A stretch of DNA of 63,116 nucleotides, filler included, from Rhabdomonas costata (GCA_019059605.1; 38 parts of 38 records of this genome joined end to end with filler, not necessarily neighbours in it); one strand, 5' to 3'; counted from the first letter of the whole stretch, positions 23,206 through 35,914 are shown. Program-made: numbers and translations. The notes: a model not told the origin generated them from the sequence alone.

Positions 23206-25149
23206 CCCCNNNNNNNNNNNNNNNNNNNNNNNNNNNNNNNNNNNNNNNNNNNNTTAATTAATTAANNNNNNNNNNNNNNNNNNNNNNNNNNNNNNNNNNN
23301 NNNNNNNNNGTGGGGGTTGGAAAATTTTGGCTTTGATATAGCTGCGATAAATTTGACTGCAAAAGCTAAAAACGTCACGGCATTGTGTGCCATTTCCTTC
23401 CATTTTTAGCAGCCGAGATTACCACAAAAAAGCAGAAGAAGGAAAAAATCAAGTAGTAGCATATGGTAATGAACACAGCAGCAATTCAGGAGGACAACGT
23501 GTTAGCTTAAGCTAACTGATGTGTGGTACTGGACCACCTATGCTGTACTATGTGTGGTTGCGTTGGTGCTGTTGCTTTCTTTTCGGTGCCTTTGCTTTTT
23601 TGATTGTGGCAAAAATGCATTGCATTCTACGCCGCCACCATATGGTTTTATTGCTCAGCTGCATGCGGTCAAAACAGTCAAGCCCGCAGAGGTGCTAGAC
23701 ATGTGGTATACAAGATCTGCAGTGGGTGGCACCTTAGGCCGTCCGATGTTCTTCCTGGTAAATCCCTGCCGAAAGTACCAAGTAAATACATTAGTAATGT
23801 CCCCCGAAGCATACAGGATACCACATTCACGTTGATCACTTGTTAAACAATCAAGTTCAAAATTAACCCATCAATCTTTGTTCCGCTCCATACTGTATTT
23901 GTTCAATTTTCACTGTTTTTTGTTTCCTACGCTGTCTCGCACATTTATCCTCTCATGAAAAGTCATGGCTCCACACTGGCTCCACTATTTAGCTCCATGC
24001 ATTTTATCAACGTTGAAAATATGTTTAACGGTGGTAAAAATTCACCATGGAAAACAGAAAACAAAAATCAGCAACTAACAGCAAAAACCGTTTACCTTAC
24101 CCAATCCATTTACGTATATAATTTGATCCAGTTCGTTGTGACACTCCATATACGTTCCACATTTTACCATCAAATCACAGCGGTGTAACCAACATCCGTC
24201 TAATTTATTGCGACATGCTTAAGCAAGTACATGAGATATAAGGCTCACTGCGAGTTCGTAAAAGACATAGGTGTAGACTCTCCATAAAACCGAACACATT
24301 ATATCCTTGATTGTCTAAAGTAAAGTACCTTGGAATCTGAAGATGCTTTGCTGATACAAAAAATCAATTCATGGTGTCACCATTAATTACACAGCCATGA
24401 TAATTGTTGGCTCACTTGTACACATTTTTCTTGCACAATATAGGTAGCTGTATTCTTCCTTTGGCACTATAAACTCACTTCATCATATTTACATTTGCTA
24501 CCTCCTTCTTAAGAATCCTCTAAAAGTTCTTTATAGGCATCTTCCATAGCATCAAACGATCATTCTTTGGACACTTATCTGGAGTTCTACTCAACATTTT
24601 ATCCATTTGATTCTGAGCGTCCATGCTCTCTCCAAGGATTTAGCTTCTGGGATGCATCGAATGAGTTTTTCTTCTCCACTTGATCTCATGAGGACACGTT
24701 ATCCGCATCTTGATCCTACTCTGCATCATTCGGGACTCAATTTCTTGAGTAATTCCTCAAAATTATTCCAATCGAGGCTCTTGGAACAGGCGATGCTGCT
24801 CTGGATCATTCTAATGTATGTACGCTCTTCATCTGAGAAATCTTCGTCTTCCATGGCCATTTTTCACAAAAANNNNNNNNNNNNNNNNNNNNNNNNNNNN
24901 NNNNNNNNNNNNNNNNTTAATTAATTAANNNNNNNNNNNNNNNNNNNNNNNNNNNNNNNNNNNNNNNNNNNNGGGTGTGGGTAAATGGGTAAGAAGACAC
25001 GAAAAGTTGACTGAACTCTTCTTGGTTCTCGTCGTCGCTATTACACGGGGGGCAATAATCCCACCCCCCCATTACAAAGAGAAAAAGAAAGAATACACAC
25101 TCCAATACCCTCCCCAATGCAAAGAGGCCGGGTGAGGGAAGCGCTGCAC

Positions 25150-25903
25150 CGTTCCACGGGTGTTGACGCCAAGAATCCCGTTGGTCTTCTCATTGAAGGT
25201 GGACACAAACACGGGACTGTCTGGGGTGACGTTTTCGGAGTAGATGAGGCTGGCCGAGCTGAGGTCGAAGAGGTAGAGGTATCCCGAGCGGGTGATGAGG
25301 TACAGGACTCCCAGCTTTGCGCTTGCCTGAAAAGCATTCGGATGACACCTTTTAAAAAGGTGAATGGACGTTTATTTGGAGGAGAAGCACCTACACTGCA
25401 CCACATGTAGCAGGTAGCAAGAAAACCTCGACTCCAAAAAACACAAAATGAACTCTGTGTGTGTGTGTGTGCAGCAGTTTTGAGAAACAGCGCCTAAGAG
25501 ACCAAGGCACCCCCACGTGAACGGGGAGTCCCGACGTAGAGTCACCAGTACAATGTTAACTTTCCCTCGCTTCCGTCCACGGTCGAAATAAAAACCTCAA
25601 GTGCGCACATGCGGAAAACTGGATTATGGACCTGGACCTTGACCTGTGCAGAACTCTGCTGCTGTGACGTGAGGAATCGCCAGAGTCTGCCAAGCGCAAC
25701 GGACTTCGTAGCAGCAAACCCGGTGCCGAGAGGAGGTGCGCATCACCAAGAACACGTGAACGTGAATGAGTATGCCATGAGAAGAAACGTGTCACCTGCA
25801 AAGCGACGGGGAAGTCCTGTGGCGAGGAGAACCCTATGCTGGTAACCTTGCGCTCGAAGGTCGTGGCGGCTTTTGCAGCCGTGGGGAGCTCCATAACGAA
25901 CAA
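25150..25903 (-). CDS. CHC: Clathrin heavy chain, terminal-domain (propeller) exons
   Basis: Exons 25903-25796 (LFVMELP...FERKVTSIGFSSPQDFPVALQ) and 25326-25150 (ASAKLGVLYLITRSGYLYLFDLSSASLIY...PVFVSTFNEKTNGILGVNTRGT). These match clathrin DFPVAMQ...VxLITKxGYxHxYD...IF.......GIIGVNRKG. Confidence 0.93.
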
Positions 25904-27535
25904 CTGTAAAAAAAAAACACAACAAGAGCGACAAGAGAGGACGGAGCAGGTGTTTGTGTGAACCAACTCTCTTTGTTTCGAATTTGAGGGACGCCGGCGT
26001 TGGAGCACCAAACAAAAAAATGTTCCCTTAACTCTGTTTGGGGTGAAACTGAAACTGGACCCTCGTGACGTGAAGTTCTTCCCACTCGATGGAAACGGCT
26101 GTGGGCTGAGCTTCTGAGCTTCTGAGCTTCAACTTCAACGTCTTTTCAGGCAGTCCACCTGTTTCCTTCCTTTCCTACAAGGTATTACGCAGGTTTATTT
26201 TTTCAGAGGAGGCGAGAAGCCTCTCACTCTCACTCTTTGTGTGTGAGTGTGTGTTGGGAGCATTGCGCTGGCTGTTGCCTGGTTGACTGGTTGCTTGGTT
26301 GTTGGTGACTCTGGACTGACTGGCGCACGCGCTGTTGGCCACGGGTGCTCGCGAGAGGTGCCGTTGGAGCGAACGGTGCCGTGGGGGAACCGGAACCGGC
26401 TCACAGCCGAGCGTTCCATATTTGACAACCTTCCTTTTGCCCCACGGGTCCCGGGGCCTTTGTCGCGCATCTGCTCTTTTCCAGCGGCTACCTGCAATGT
26501 TCCATTGCGGCTCAGGTCTCTGCGACCCACCAACNNNNNNNNNNNNNNNNNNNNNNNNNNNNNNNNNNNNNNNNNNNNTTAATTAATTAANNNNNNNNNN
26601 NNNNNNNNNNNNNNNNNNNNNNNNNNNNNNNNNNGGGGGTTGGTTGGTTTGGTAGCTTTTGTTGGGATTCTTTTATGGACTTATGCCTTGCCAATCACTG
26701 ATGCAACCAAGTTGACCAGGGGCGCGCTGATTGCAAGCGGTGCCCGATGCGCCTCCAGATTCAATGAAATGAAGCTTTTGTGAATCCCCGTCTCTTTCCG
26801 AAGGTTCCTCTGTCCATCCCTCCCAATGTCAAAAGCCGTTTTGCAAGTGTGCACGCAATCCACACAGGCTACGCGATTATATACGGAATTTTCACATCGC
26901 GTCTCTCTGTGTTCCCTATTTGTTGTTTTTATTTTCTCTATGCTGCGATTTTTGTGTTTTAGAGAGGATTTCTCCGCCAAGCGACCAAGCGCGCTCTCTG
27001 TTTAGAATTAGTGAGTTAGAAATCCACTCTCTGACTAAGTTTTTTGTAACCGCTTTTTTGCCGTAGGCTCTATATTAGCTACTTCCTTCCACAGATTACC
27101 CCTCCTCCTGCGTTGGGGGCTGCTCTCATGGAAAGCTCCAGTGCAGGTGACATTCTGCATTTTCTGTGGTGGTTTTCGGGACGCTTTTTTCATCTTTGTC
27201 TTTGACCATCTTTGTCTTTGTCTCCGACCACGATGTTGTCTTTGTGGGCCGATCAACCGTTTCATGTGCTCAAAAGTTATTGAGTAGCACCTTTGCAGCG
27301 ACGCGGGACTGTTTTTTAGGCAAACCCGCAGCTCCGTATGGAAATTTCCGCGATGAGGACAGTCTTCCTGGTGTTCAGAATTCGGAAAACCGTCGGAAAC
27401 CCCCGAAGGTATTTGTTCCGGTTTTGTATGCCCTGCGTATGCGGGTGTGCACTGGCTCCTTTGGTGTGAATTTGGGGGCTGAATTGGAAGCACTGCCTTG
27501 GAACTTGTCTTACTCTTACTCGTCTCGGGCAACTT

Positions 27536-28019
27536 ATGGACCCGGGGGAAGCTGCGAGGTGCCACCCACCGCAGCAACACCTGCCTCAAAGCCACCCACA
27601 CATACAACCCAACACCACCACAACCAGCGAGGCGAAAATCGAAGTGATCGGAGAGAAGGCAGCGCAGTACCCGGGCGGACGAGGCAACAGGGAAAGGAAG
27701 CCCGAGAGGCAGCACTGGCAACGGAAGGAGCTTGGGGCTTGCCCAGAGAAGGTGACATCCGCACTTCTGCAGTGGCAGCGCAACCAACATCAAGCCCAGC
27801 ACATTTGCCTTAAGTTGAGTTGGTCTGACCTTTGCCCACAGGCTGGGGCCGCTGGGACTCAGTCAGACACCTCCCGGGCCTCCCGCGGTAGCCCAAGGGA
27901 ACAGTCCTGGGAGAGCCGTACAAGGGGCCATCAGTCCACGGGGGCGAAGTCGTGGGGCGCTCCCGCCCCCCCGCTCCCGCAGCCCCCGACGTGCCGGTTC
28001 TGTCGCAAGCGCCAGGCCG
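27536..28019 (+). CDS. Possible first exon of an unknown low-complexity protein ending at a CxxC
   Basis: An ATG after a pyrimidine-rich tract opens a frame MDPGEAAR...PPTCRFCRKRQA. No family recognised. Confidence 0.3.
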
Positions 28020-28669
28020 GTGTGTATTCCCTATGGATTACTTCGCAGCTCCCAATACATTTACCCCTTAGAGATATGACTCTGTTTCTCAGTGGCTCTG
28101 TTTTGTCAAGCCGGTGTCTTTGGAGATGTGTGGGGCATGTGCGGATCCGCGAGGGCTGAACATCTCCAAAGACACCGGCTTGACAAAACAAACCCACNNN
28201 NNNNNNNNNNNNNNNNNNNNNNNNNNNNNNNNNNNNNNNNNTTAATTAATTAANNNNNNNNNNNNNNNNNNNNNNNNNNNNNNNNNNNNNNNNNNNNGGG
28301 TGGTGTTCGGCGAAATTGAGAACCCCGTTTGGGGTAGCCGCCAAAAAGCTGGGCACGATACCGCTTACGCAGCTGAAGCCGATTCTTCATTGTGCAGCCT
28401 GCTCTGTGAGAAAATTGCTCCGGGAGATCGTGGTGTGTTCTCCTGCAACAAAGCACTCTGAAGTGTTGCAAGCTTGCATTTGATGCGGGCACATAGGCGC
28501 GGTTGTTCGCTGCCTCACTGCAACAGCCACCGGGGACCGGAAAGACGCAAGTCAGTCTTCCTTAAACATTAAAGACCCCATCCTCCGATGTACACAACCC
28601 CGGGGTACGGAATAAGCGTGCAACAGAACGTACACAAATGGGTGCTGCGGGAACAAAGCCTTCGCGCAC

Positions 28670-29636
28670 CTCAGTGAGCATTTTCATGACCAAGTCCCTG
28701 GCCGCGGGGGAGAGCTTGGAGCTTGGAGAGAAGCTCCCCGTTCTGGCATCTCCCTTTTTCGAAGCACCCATACCACAAAGCATAGCATGCACACACAAGA
28801 CCATATTGCCTAGGATGTGGTCAAGCAGGCTAAAAGCAATCATATGCCCGGCATCGTTGAAAAAAAAGAAAAAGAAAGAAAGAAAAACATTGCCTCTTCA
28901 CGGATTTCTCGCGCGCGCTGAAAAACGCACACCGCCCGGGGCTCGTGCAATGAAAAGCTGATCCCAAGCAACCGAAAACAAACAAACACCTGCCTCAGGG
29001 AGGACGAGAACAAGGGGTAAGAGGAAAGACCCTCTGGGTGTTCCTCCGAACAGAGCCCCTTCAGCATGCCCTTGCCCCCTTCGTTTTAAGATGCAAAATG
29101 TTACCGGATGCACACATCACAGACCCGGAAAGGGAGCTCCGCAGTGAGCAGGAAGTACACAAAGCAGCCCAGGCACCACATGTCCGCAGGAAAGCTGTAC
29201 GGCTTCCTTTCCAGAAGCTCCCTGCCACCAAATGAATACTCAATCACCACCTATCCGCCTTACTTGTGGGAATTCTGAAAACTGAAGAGGACGCTGGAAT
29301 CATGAGGAGGGGCGGAACGAATTTTCGATGGACACGATGCACAGCCGACAACAGCTCGAGGAATTTGCCTTGCTTCCTCCCATTCAATTGCAGAAGTGGC
29401 ATCATCCTGCCGTCGATACTCAGGTGCTTTGCCCTGAGAATTCATCCCTGCCCCATTCAAAAAACCTCTTGAGTCGAAGCGCCAACCAACTCAACTGAAA
29501 CAAACACACAAAGGGAGACAGAAAGGGCGCCTCCAATCACATACGGGGGCATGAAATCCTTGGTTCCGCAGACTGTCCCGGTTTGCATTCCAAAGTCCGG
29601 GGAGAGCGTGGTCGCCAGCCCGAAGTCCGCAATTTT
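28670..29636 (-). CDS. Ser/Thr protein kinase (CAMK/Aurora/PLK-like), subdomains VII-XI
   Basis: Exons 29636-29545 (KIADFGLATT...TVCGTKDFMPP), 29221-29125 (ELLERKPYSFPADMWCLGCFVYFLLTAELPFR) and 28742-28670 (...LSPAARDLVMKML). One short linking exon is not resolved. Confidence 0.92.
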
Positions 29637-29960
29637 CTGATCAAAGGCAAACCATTCACTAGTACAAAAACTGCGGGCGTAAGCAAAGTGAGCAGCGCAG
29701 CTGTGATATTCGAGAGAGAATGACGAGGAAACCAAAGATAGAAGCACGGCCTACATACGTGAATACAGAGCAAGAGGGAAAAGTCCCCAGCAAAGGGTCC
29801 ATATACTTCGTCCTTGCGTCGCATCTTGTCGTATCAAAAAGCATATTCCAACCCCACCACNNNNNNNNNNNNNNNNNNNNNNNNNNNNNNNNNNNNNNNN
29901 NNNNTTAATTAATTAANNNNNNNNNNNNNNNNNNNNNNNNNNNNNNNNNNNNNNNNNNNN

Positions 29961-31522
29961 TGTTGTTGGTCAGAAATTTCGTCTTTTTTTTTTCTTGCTT
30001 TTACACACTAGTGAACTGGCCAACGTTGTATTTGAGTTCACACGCACACATGCTTTCCGTGCCATTCATAACTGTCAGTGTTTTTTTGTGTTGGTCAGGT
30101 AAATCGGGAAGTTTACCCAAGTTTCGTGAAAAAATGCATGAAAAAATCGTAACAGTAAAGATCGTTTTTTTGGCACGGCCAAAATTTACTGGTCCCAGTG
30201 TGGAATTCGTTTGAATGCTTTTTTTTAGCTGAATGATCGATCCTCGAGACCCACCCTTGCCGTGGAGGACAAGTCCAAATACGGCACCAAGCTAGATGGC
30301 ACCAAGCTAGAGACCGGGGCAAGCTGCCCCGTTCGTGAGGCGTCCGTGATTCTTTTCGGGCTACTTTCGCACAGCTACAGAGTGAGCTGGTTCGACTTTC
30401 GTCTCAGCGTATGTGGCCTTTCCGAGGTTTGTTGCCTTTTGTAAAGGGTTGTGATGTCGGTTTGCCGGTTAGGTTACCCAAAAAAGAGCACTCTCCACAA
30501 ATTGGCTTGAGTCGGGCTTCAGACGACGGGCAAATGACAAGAAGGGCATTAGGAGACTCTTCTGTAGAAAATAAGGCGGAAAAAATCCAGATGGGGACGA
30601 GAAAGAGTGAATAAAACGCCCCAAAATAAATACCGGGGCGGTTGGGGTTAGGTAAGGATTAGGTGGGATTAGGGTTAGAATTCCCGTGTTTTTTCTCTTC
30701 GGTATTCGGCAATTGAGGTAAATTTAATCGGACGGTAATGGGTGGAGATGGACCCGCAAAGCCTCCGACCACCCCCCATCCCCTCTCTCATTGTAAACGA
30801 CAGCCTGTTAGTGAGTTCCCAGGTTGGTTGATGGGGTTTTGGTTTGTTTGCTTGATCGCTTGTTTGCTTGTTCGTTTGTTGCACGTGTTCGCATCTTCTT
30901 CGAGTTCCACCGCGGTCCCTTCCCTTTCCACTCGCGCATTCTGTGTTTCTTGTGAGTCCGCTATTAGCGAGCGGAATTAGAGACCGCCTTGGCGGATTCC
31001 CGCTTTTTCCCTTTCCGGCAAACCGACATCACAATCCTTTACAAAAGGCAACAAACCTCGGAAAGGCCACATACGCTGAGACGAAAGTCGAACCAGCTCA
31101 CTCTGTAGCTGTGCGAAAGTAGCCCGAAAAGAATCACGGACGCCTCACGAACGGGGCAGCTTGCCCCGGTCTCTAGCTTGGTGCCATCTAGCTTGGTGCC
31201 GTATTTGGACTTGTCCTCCACGGCAAGGGTGGGTCTCGAGGATCGATCATTCAGCTAAAAAAAAGCATTCAAACGAATTCCACACTGGGACCAGTAAATT
31301 TTGGCCGTGCCAAAAAAACGATCTTTACTGTTACGATTTTTTCATGCATTTTTTCACGAAACTTGGGTAAACTTCCCGATTTACCTGACCCACACAAAAA
31401 AACACTGACAGTTATGAATGGCACGGAAAGCATGTGTGCGTGTGAACTCAAATACAACGTTGGCCAGTTCACTAGTGTGTAAAAGCAAGAAAAAAAAAAG
31501 ACGAAATTTCTGACCAACAACA
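29961..31522. repeat. 508-bp inverted repeat arms around a 546-bp core
   Basis: 29961-30468 is the reverse complement of 31015-31522; I found two mismatches. The ORF track shows the same peptides on both strands. The core contains GGTTGGGGTTAGGTAAGGATTAGGTGGGATTAGGGTTAG. Confidence 0.97.
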
Positions 31523-31949
31523 NNNNNNNNNNNNNNNNNNNNNNNNNNNNNNNNNNNNNNNNNNNNTTAATTAATTAANNNNNNNNNNNNNNNNNNNNNN
31601 NNNNNNNNNNNNNNNNNNNNNNGGGGTGGGAGCCGAAGCACAATTACCTTCGGATTGAATCGCACAACGTTGTGGGGAAGTTTCGATTTCTTCCTGATCC
31701 TCTCAGTGTGGACACACTGAAATTAACATACGACAAATGGGTTATCATGACGGCATTGAGGTCAAATTCCTCGAAATTCTGGTCCACATACCGTTAAGCA
31801 GGCGCATTGTGAGGTTGGAAGTCATTATCCACGGATTGCTGTTGGTAAACAGGGTCATTGGAATATCCCATTGGAAACGTCAGTGCGCTTGAAGAACGGG
31901 GTCATCGGCTTGCTCATGCGTGGGCAGCTGGCCAACGGGGTCCAGCTCC

Positions 31950-33060
31950 ATTGTCTCAAATGGGATCAGCTAGCTTAAATGGAAGACTCATCTTCTTCCT
32001 GATGTGGGCAGGGATGTCAATCTCATAAGTGTTTTTAGTGATCTTGTACCAAAGGCCTTCGGTGCCAGGTGTCAGGCGGGGCCCAGCTGGTTCCTGTGGT
32101 GCTTCAGCTTGTTGATCGACACGTCCTGCCCAACAACGAATTGATAGTTGGCGCGCTCGCTGTTGACAAACTCCTCTGCAATTTCCCGTTAATGGTACAG
32201 GTAAAGGTACACAAAGGCCCAGTAGGAGTTCATCTAGTAAGCCACTTCTTGATTGTCACCGTGCTCTCTCAGGTTAGCCTCTCCTCGTCGAAGTTGGTGA
32301 TGTCAAATAAGAAACTAGTGTGGTAGCACATGTTGAAGACGTATGGGCTGAGCTCTGTGCATCCGAGGGGTGGCATTGTTGATGGAGATTTCAAAAAATT
32401 TCAGCAGGAGAATCCAGTTGTGCAGCCTCCAATCCCTGACGTTCTGCACTTTGGCGAGTACAATTGTCCGCATCATCCTGCTTCATTGTTTGGTTCGTTT
32501 GCTCCGCGGACCATTTGCCTGCAGAAGGAACGGGGAAGTCATGATCTACTTGATTTCCATCATATCGCACATGGCCTTCCAGAAAGCGCTCGTGAACTTG
32601 GTGTCATTTTCGGAAATGATGCTGTAGGGTAATCCATCGTGAAAAAACAGCTCTGCCACTTGGGATGCCTCACTTTTCCGAGCATGGAATCAAAACCACA
32701 TGCTTTGAAGCACGGTTTGTGACGGTCAGCACCTGATTTAAAATCTGCCCCTGTACCGCTTTGACCTTTGGCATGTTCGCACTATCCAAGGGACTTTCAA
32801 TGCCTCAGGGGCATCTCCAATTGTTCCATGTGGTCTCAGGGAAGATGATGTTGTGCCTTGGTCTGTTTGCATGCCATGCAAGTCCTGCAATAGCGGCTCA
32901 CGAGCCTTAAGGGATGCTAAATTCGGTAGCATTTCCTCACCAGGCAGACAGTACAATTGACTCCCAAAAGGCCTTCAACAGGCAGGTCATGGTACTGCGC
33001 AATGATCTCCTTGGTCATTGATTTCGGCACTGCCACTAATGTTTCCGTAGCATCGTTGGA
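31950..33060 (-). mobile_element. Decayed Ty3/Gypsy LTR-retrotransposon integrase
   Basis: Zn-binding domain VPKSMTKEIIAQYHDLPVEGLLG...VSRYCRTCMACKQTK, followed by the core VLTVTNRASKHVVLIP, GLPYSIISENDTKFTSAFWK, TSPF..QANG..EQTNQTMK, and a C-terminal VFHLS. Many stops and frameshifts. Confidence 0.88.
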
Positions 33061-33804
33061 GACCAACTGTGGAGGAGCGGTCTCACAAATGATGGTCGCG
33101 TGACGACCATGAGATTTACTTGAGGACGAAACTGTGAATGGAGCAGCCAACTCCGAGTTTTTTGCAAGAGAAGTCCACAACCACANNNNNNNNNNNNNNN
33201 NNNNNNNNNNNNNNNNNNNNNNNNNNNNNTTAATTAATTAANNNNNNNNNNNNNNNNNNNNNNNNNNNNNNNNNNNNNNNNNNNNGTTACAGAACGACAC
33301 AACAAGCAGTGGTCATAAGTGGCCCAAGCCCCTTCTGTTTTTTAAGCAAACGCGAAGCATGCAGGGGCATCACCCTCGCCTCAGCACTGTTTGGTTGTGG
33401 TCCGATTTCTAAGCAAACTCTTCCCTTCTTTATAAGAGCATCCTTGTATGGCTTAGCCCAGCATCCCACAACAAGCGAGGGGAGGGGACACCTCACATCC
33501 CCAGCTTTGCTCGCTCAAGCGGTTTACCAAAGATCTCGTAAGAAAGAAAAGAAACGGTCCGAGACTTGAAAACATCGTTGTAGACCTTTTCAACGAAACA
33601 AAGAGCCGTCAACTGCGCTATCCGATGCCCAATTAAAGAATAACGTAAGCGAAACGCTGAGTCCTGTTGCGGTGTTCGATTGTTAGCGGATCGCCCAAAG
33701 TACAGAGGAAAAATGTGCAACGGAGAGAGATCTTCGGATGTCACGGGATGTCACATCCTCCCAAAGTTATTCTGCAGCAAAATGGCGCGTCGCATCCCCT
33801 CCTC

Positions 33805-34398
33805 TCAACTGGCCTGCTTGGCGGACTCCTCCGGAAGAACCTCCACGCGGCCCCGGCCCGTCATCGTGGCCAGAGCAATGGTGGCGTGAATCCGGCAGGA
33901 CGTGCCGTTGAGCCGAAAGGGTTCCCCGACAAAGGTGAGGGTGTCCTCGGTGAGAGTATAGCTCTCCTTCTTCAGAGCGGAGTTCAGGCTGGTCACCCCC
34001 TTCCCTGGACGGGACTGTCCCGACCACGATAAGAACGAGCAAAATGGAAACTCGCAGTTCTTAAAAATGAGATGGAAAACCAGACCCGGACAGAGAGTGG
34101 ATATGAATTCACATTTTGAAACAATGAGTGGATGAGACCTCCTTGTGGTGGCACACGCAATTGCAAAGCAAAAAGATAGGAAACAGGAAGTAAATGAAAC
34201 AAGATTCACAGCCGGAAGTCAAGTGGGGAGGGGGAGCGCTTTTATTCTGACCTCAAAGTCCACAAAGCAGTGGCTCGTCTCGCGGACGTGCCTTCGGAGG
34301 TCCTCAGGGTCGGGCTCAGTGGTGCCGCGCTTGTAGTACGGCGCACGGATGTCCTGTTCGGCGGACAACCGCTGCACAAGCTCATCCACGTGGGCCAT
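33805..34398 (-). CDS. Complete two-exon gene, 118 aa, CBF-beta-fold-like protein
   Basis: ATG at 34398; exon 1 34398-34252; GT-AG phase-0 intron 34251-34015; exon 2 34014-33805 ending in TGA. Protein: MAHVDELVQRLSAEQDIRAPYYKRGTTEPDPEDLRRHVRETSHCFVDFESRPGKGVTSLNSALKKESYTLTEDTLTFVGEPFRLNGTSCRIHATIALATMTGRGRVEVLPEESAKQAS. The fold call rests on a by-eye comparison with a recalled CBF-beta sequence. Confidence 0.75.
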
Positions 34399-35314
34399 TG
34401 TTGTGCGCGTGCTTTGAAGCCCTCTGCTTGGGAGCTCCGCAGCTACAGCAGCAGGAACCCCCCGGACGCACAGTCTTTCTTTGCGTAAAACAGATACGTG
34501 GACAGGGCGTGCAGTCACAAGATGCTGATTATCGCAAGGATGAGGAAAAGGTTGAAATCAACGTAAATGGTGAGCAGGAGCTCACAGTCAAACGCCGGGG
34601 TTGGTTTTGGTGGGAAGGCGACCAACAAGACCAGAATGTCCAATATTGACTCCTTGCAAAACGAGAGGAACGGCAATCCTGAAACAAGAGCTGATAGTAG
34701 GATGGTTTGGAAACAATTTGATGTGAAAACTCCCACTTCAAAAAAAAAGCAATTTACTTTCATCCATGGAAGCATCAGGCTCAGACAACTCACATCTTCC
34801 AAAAATCGTACGCAACAGCAACAATGCAGCGTTACGTAAACACAACCCNNNNNNNNNNNNNNNNNNNNNNNNNNNNNNNNNNNNNNNNNNNNTTAATTAA
34901 TTAANNNNNNNNNNNNNNNNNNNNNNNNNNNNNNNNNNNNNNNNNNNNAAAGGTGCAAAATTTCATTTGTGAACATAGTAAGTCAGAATGTCCCACCATG
35001 GCGTCAGCAAGTGCGACTGATCACAGGTTCCACCGCCTTCGGCGGGGTCCCGATAAGTGAAAACTCTCTAAAAACCGCCCGAGCCCAGCTCCAACCAGCT
35101 CCAACATTATTTTCCCTCGGGATTAACTGGGACGTTTGCGATTCGGTCTGCCGGAACTCTGCACACACACTTAATTTTACGGTTGCTGTGTTTTTTGTCT
35201 AAATGCAGGGTATACTTCAGGATGAATGGATGAAGGGGACTCTTCAATGCGGAGATTTCCCAAGTTTGCACAAATACTGATCGTGACTGCAGTGCGGCGC
35301 TGGAGGGCATACAT

Positions 35315-35914
35315 TTGCTTGATGCCGATGCTTCGCCTGAACACCCTCATTTGAGTGACGCTCCATTGCCTGTGCCTTCTTTTGACCACAAACGTGCACA
35401 CGAGCTGACAAGGCTGATTGCCACAGCGCTTGCTGGTGACGCGGTCAGATTGTGTGCTGTTCTTTCGCGTGAGCGGCCGTCCCCCAGCTGCAGAAAGAGC
35501 CCTACGTCTCCATGTTATATCGGTCTGCCCGTGGTGGACATGTCCCAGTTCTCAGTGGTTTTTCAATGGTGCGGGGAGCGCTGCTTGTTCTGGACGGACC
35601 CCGTCACGGGCAGTTATGCCTTGCACGTGGCGGCGGATCAGGGTCACCACAAACCGTTAGTATGGCTTCTAGCTCACCACGGTGCACATGTACCGCGCTC
35701 CTTTGATGTACGCAAGCTTCACAATCTGTTTGGAGAGAGTCCTGTTGACTTCTGCGTGAGGGGATCAGAGAAGTATCCTAAATGCCTCCGGGTGATGGAG
35801 GCCTACCTGGGGTGCGAACTCTCGATGGGTCTCGATGGCGGAATGTACGGGCAGGCCGCGGGGCCGTGGTCATCCGAACGTACAATCGAGCGTTCGCTCG
35901 ATGCGTGGCGATAA
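35315..35914 (+). CDS. Ankyrin-repeat-like ORF
   Basis: TGSYALHVAADQGHHKPLVWLL...NLFGESPVDF resembles the ankyrin pattern G.TxLHxAA..G...V..LL...N..GxTP. Confidence 0.6.
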   Translation: MLDADASPEHPHLSDAPLPVPSFDHKRAHELTRLIATALAGDAVRLCAVLSRERPSPSCRKSPTSPCYIGLPVVDMSQFSVVFQWCGERCLFWTDPVTGSYALHVAADQGHHKPLVWLLAHHGAHVPRSFDVRKLHNLFGESPVDFCVRGSEKYPKCLRVMEAYLGCELSMGLDGGMYGQAAGPWSSERTIERSLDAWR

